In this document: positions 62,338 through 64,000 of the stretch, one piece after another | Layout of the letters: every line of letters begins with the position of its first letter | Numbering within the stretch: the stretch's first letter is position 1 | DNA from: Basidiobolus meristosporus CBS 931.73 | Taxonomy: Eukaryota; Fungi; Basidiobolomycota | Direction: 5' to 3' | Assembly: GCA_002104905.1 (NCBI GenBank) | Contig: MCFE01000089.1 | Location: 112,664 to 176,663, forward strand | DNA length: 64,000 nt | Notes under the pieces: model-generated | Database searches by the model: none | What the model was told of the DNA's origin: nothing | The model's input: the letters and a program-made list of their open reading frames with translations, nothing else | Made by a program: the position numbers and the translations under genes

Positions 62338-63847
62338 TCAGGCAGAGGTTGTAGCTTCTTCAGAGGCAGCATTGACAATGTGACCTGCAGAGTCCCAGAG
62401 CTCTTCAAATGGTGCATCACTTAAGTCAGCAAGGAGGGAAATGGCATGGTTCTTGAGGAAGTATGCCACATCATAGGAGGGGGCTTGTCTCTTGATGGCA
62501 GCAAAGAAAGACAGAATGGCAACATGGGCTGGAGGCTTGTTGAACAGTAGAGAGTCAGAGGATTCAGATTCTTCAGGCACTATCTTGAAGTCAGTTTTCA
62601 GCCAGTTAAGGTTCTTCTCCACAAAGGCAACAAATGGGTCAGCAATGTGTTGGTCTAGGATAACCTCCAGAATCTTCCCTTTTCTCCAGGCCAGGTTGAC
62701 AATTCTTGAGAGCTGAATATTGCATGCCTTGAGTGCTTTCCTGATGTTGGAAATGGGAGTCCAGGGAACTTGCTTCAAGTACACCACAGTCCAGGTAGAA
62801 GCTGGTGGTAGGTTTGCTGGGGGCTTGTAAGTCCTTCTGTGTGGCAATGGAGCTGCAGTAGTCAGATTGGAGTCCACATTCTCAGTAGAGGGTTTTCTTG
62901 ATGTGTCTTGCTGAATGGTACTGGAGCTGGATGTGTTGATAATTCTTGCTAGAACCTTGCCTGCATAAGTCTGAGGTATAGCTGAGGTGACTGTAGAGGT
63001 GGTGGCAGCTGGTGCAGGTGGAGAGGCAGAAACTGAAGCAGGAACTGAGGTCACCTGGGAGAAGGCAGTAGAAGCAGGTTTTCTGGGAGGAACAGAGTTC
63101 ACTATCCAGTTGTTCTGTAAAACACTGGAGTAGCTTTTCTGTGGAACAGGATCTTGCTCTTGAACAGGAACAGAAGCAGCAGGCTGGGGCTGAGCAGTAG
63201 TGGTAAGGCAGTGGCACTCCAAGGAAGCTTTTTGCAAGGCATCTCTGGCAGTTTTCAGGGCAGTATTGGCTTCATTCTTGAGCTTCTTGCATTGGGCATC
63301 CAGTCTCTTGTTTTCAATAGTCAGGGCAGTATTGGCAGCCTCTAAATCAGCAATTCTCTTCTCAATTGCAAGGAATCTCTTGAAGAAATGCATCAGTAGA
63401 AGTGCTGGCATCTGGGAGAGCAGTGGCAGGAATAGAGTCCATTGACAGTGGGCTTCTTGGAGGCAAGGAAAGTGGACTGGCAGATTCAGGCACAAAAGGA
63501 GATATCCTGGCAGGAGGAGAAGGAGTATCCAAGGCAGTAACAGAGGCAATTCTTGTTGGTGAAGCAGCAGCAGGGGAGGCAAGCCTGTTCAGAAACTGGG
63601 CAGGAGAGAGTGCTTGAGGAGAGGGAGTCTTCAGCTTGCCAAGCATGTCTTCCATCAGAGTGATACCAATATTCCTGGTGCATTTGCAGAGAAAAGTAAG
63701 CTTCCTGAGTCTGCCAGCTCTTCCATTCCTTCTGATAGTTCCTTTGTTTCCACAGTTGGGGCAAGAAATCTTCTTGATAGACTTGTCAAAGCAATCAAGA
63801 ACCTTCCTTTCGGGTGTAGTGGGCTCCTGTTGAGGTTTTGGTGGCAT
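62338..63847 (-). CDS. ORF1 (gag-like): N-terminal Cys4 zinc ribbon, Pro/Ser linker, coiled coil and conserved C-terminal domain (one apparent frameshift near 63375)
   Basis: Track ORFs 63362..63847 and 62338..63582 overlap. Motifs CPNC-x22-CKC and the heptad IEKRIADLEAANTALTIENKRL; homologous to the ORF1-only protein. Confidence 0.8.
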
Positions 63848-63881
63848 ATCCAGAGTTTCAGCTTCAATTCAATTTTGAGAT

Positions 63882-64000
63882 TTAGGGTTAGGGTTAGGGT
63901 TAGTTAGGGTTAGGGTTAGGGTTAGGGTTAGGGTTAGGGTTAGGGTTAGGGTTAGGGTTAGGGTTAGGGTTAGGGTTAGGGTTAGGGTTAGGGTTAGGGT
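63882..64000 (+). repeat. Telomere (TTAGGG)n, G-rich strand running toward the end; one truncated unit (TTAG) at about 63900
   Basis: About 19 TTAGGG units reach the end of the window. Confidence 0.98.

Larger units (their letters stand above)
59502..63881 (-). mobile_element. Near full-length telomere-terminal non-LTR retrotransposon (ORF1 plus APE endonuclease-RT), about 4.4 kb, directly capped by telomere
   Basis: The ORF1 ATG at 63847 is only 34 bp from the TTAGGG array. EN and RT motifs are present, and the 3' end abuts the 101-bp array via CCCCCCTAACCCTT. Confidence 0.92.

Noticed and set aside
59502-63881. Classification as a Penelope-like (Athena/Coprina) or MoTeR/CRE-type element
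   Set aside because: It has an N-terminal APE-type endonuclease, a separate ORF1 and LINE-type RT motifs. I saw no C-terminal CCHC/restriction-like nuclease and no hammerhead core.

Overview
Right-hand chromosome end of a fungus. Short GT-AG introns and the fungal gene set support this; an early-diverging lineage is my inference. The window ends in a (TTAGGG)n telomere at 63882-64000 and has four zones. (1) 1-10.1 kb and 13.3-18.9 kb are CpG-depleted transposon graveyards: a CACTA/EnSpm-type DNA transposon, copia and gypsy fragments, and a duplicated nested-LTR block. They flank an UNC-93-like MFS gene. (2) 18.9-22.6 kb is a very degenerate gypsy that keeps its CpGs. (3) 22.9-52.4 kb is gene-rich: two PTR2 paralogs, CWH43, GH18 chitinase, PP2C, DED1, NAA40, a Nit-family amidase, a membrane protein, arylamine N-acetyltransferase and a DAL5-like MFS. 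(4) 53.26-63.88 kb is a head-to-tail array of telomere-attached non-LTR retroelements, all on the minus strand with 5' ends facing the telomere. The array holds a full-length ORF1 + APE-endonuclease/RT element, a disrupted older copy of it, and between them a diverged ORF1-only element with 101-bp 5' monomers. All three end in the same 3' hairpin and a CCCTAA-like tail. This pairing of an autonomous and a gag-only element at a TTAGGG telomere resembles Drosophila TART/HeT-A and is the main candidate novel system. All calls were made by eye from the sequence and ORF track; no database searches were run.
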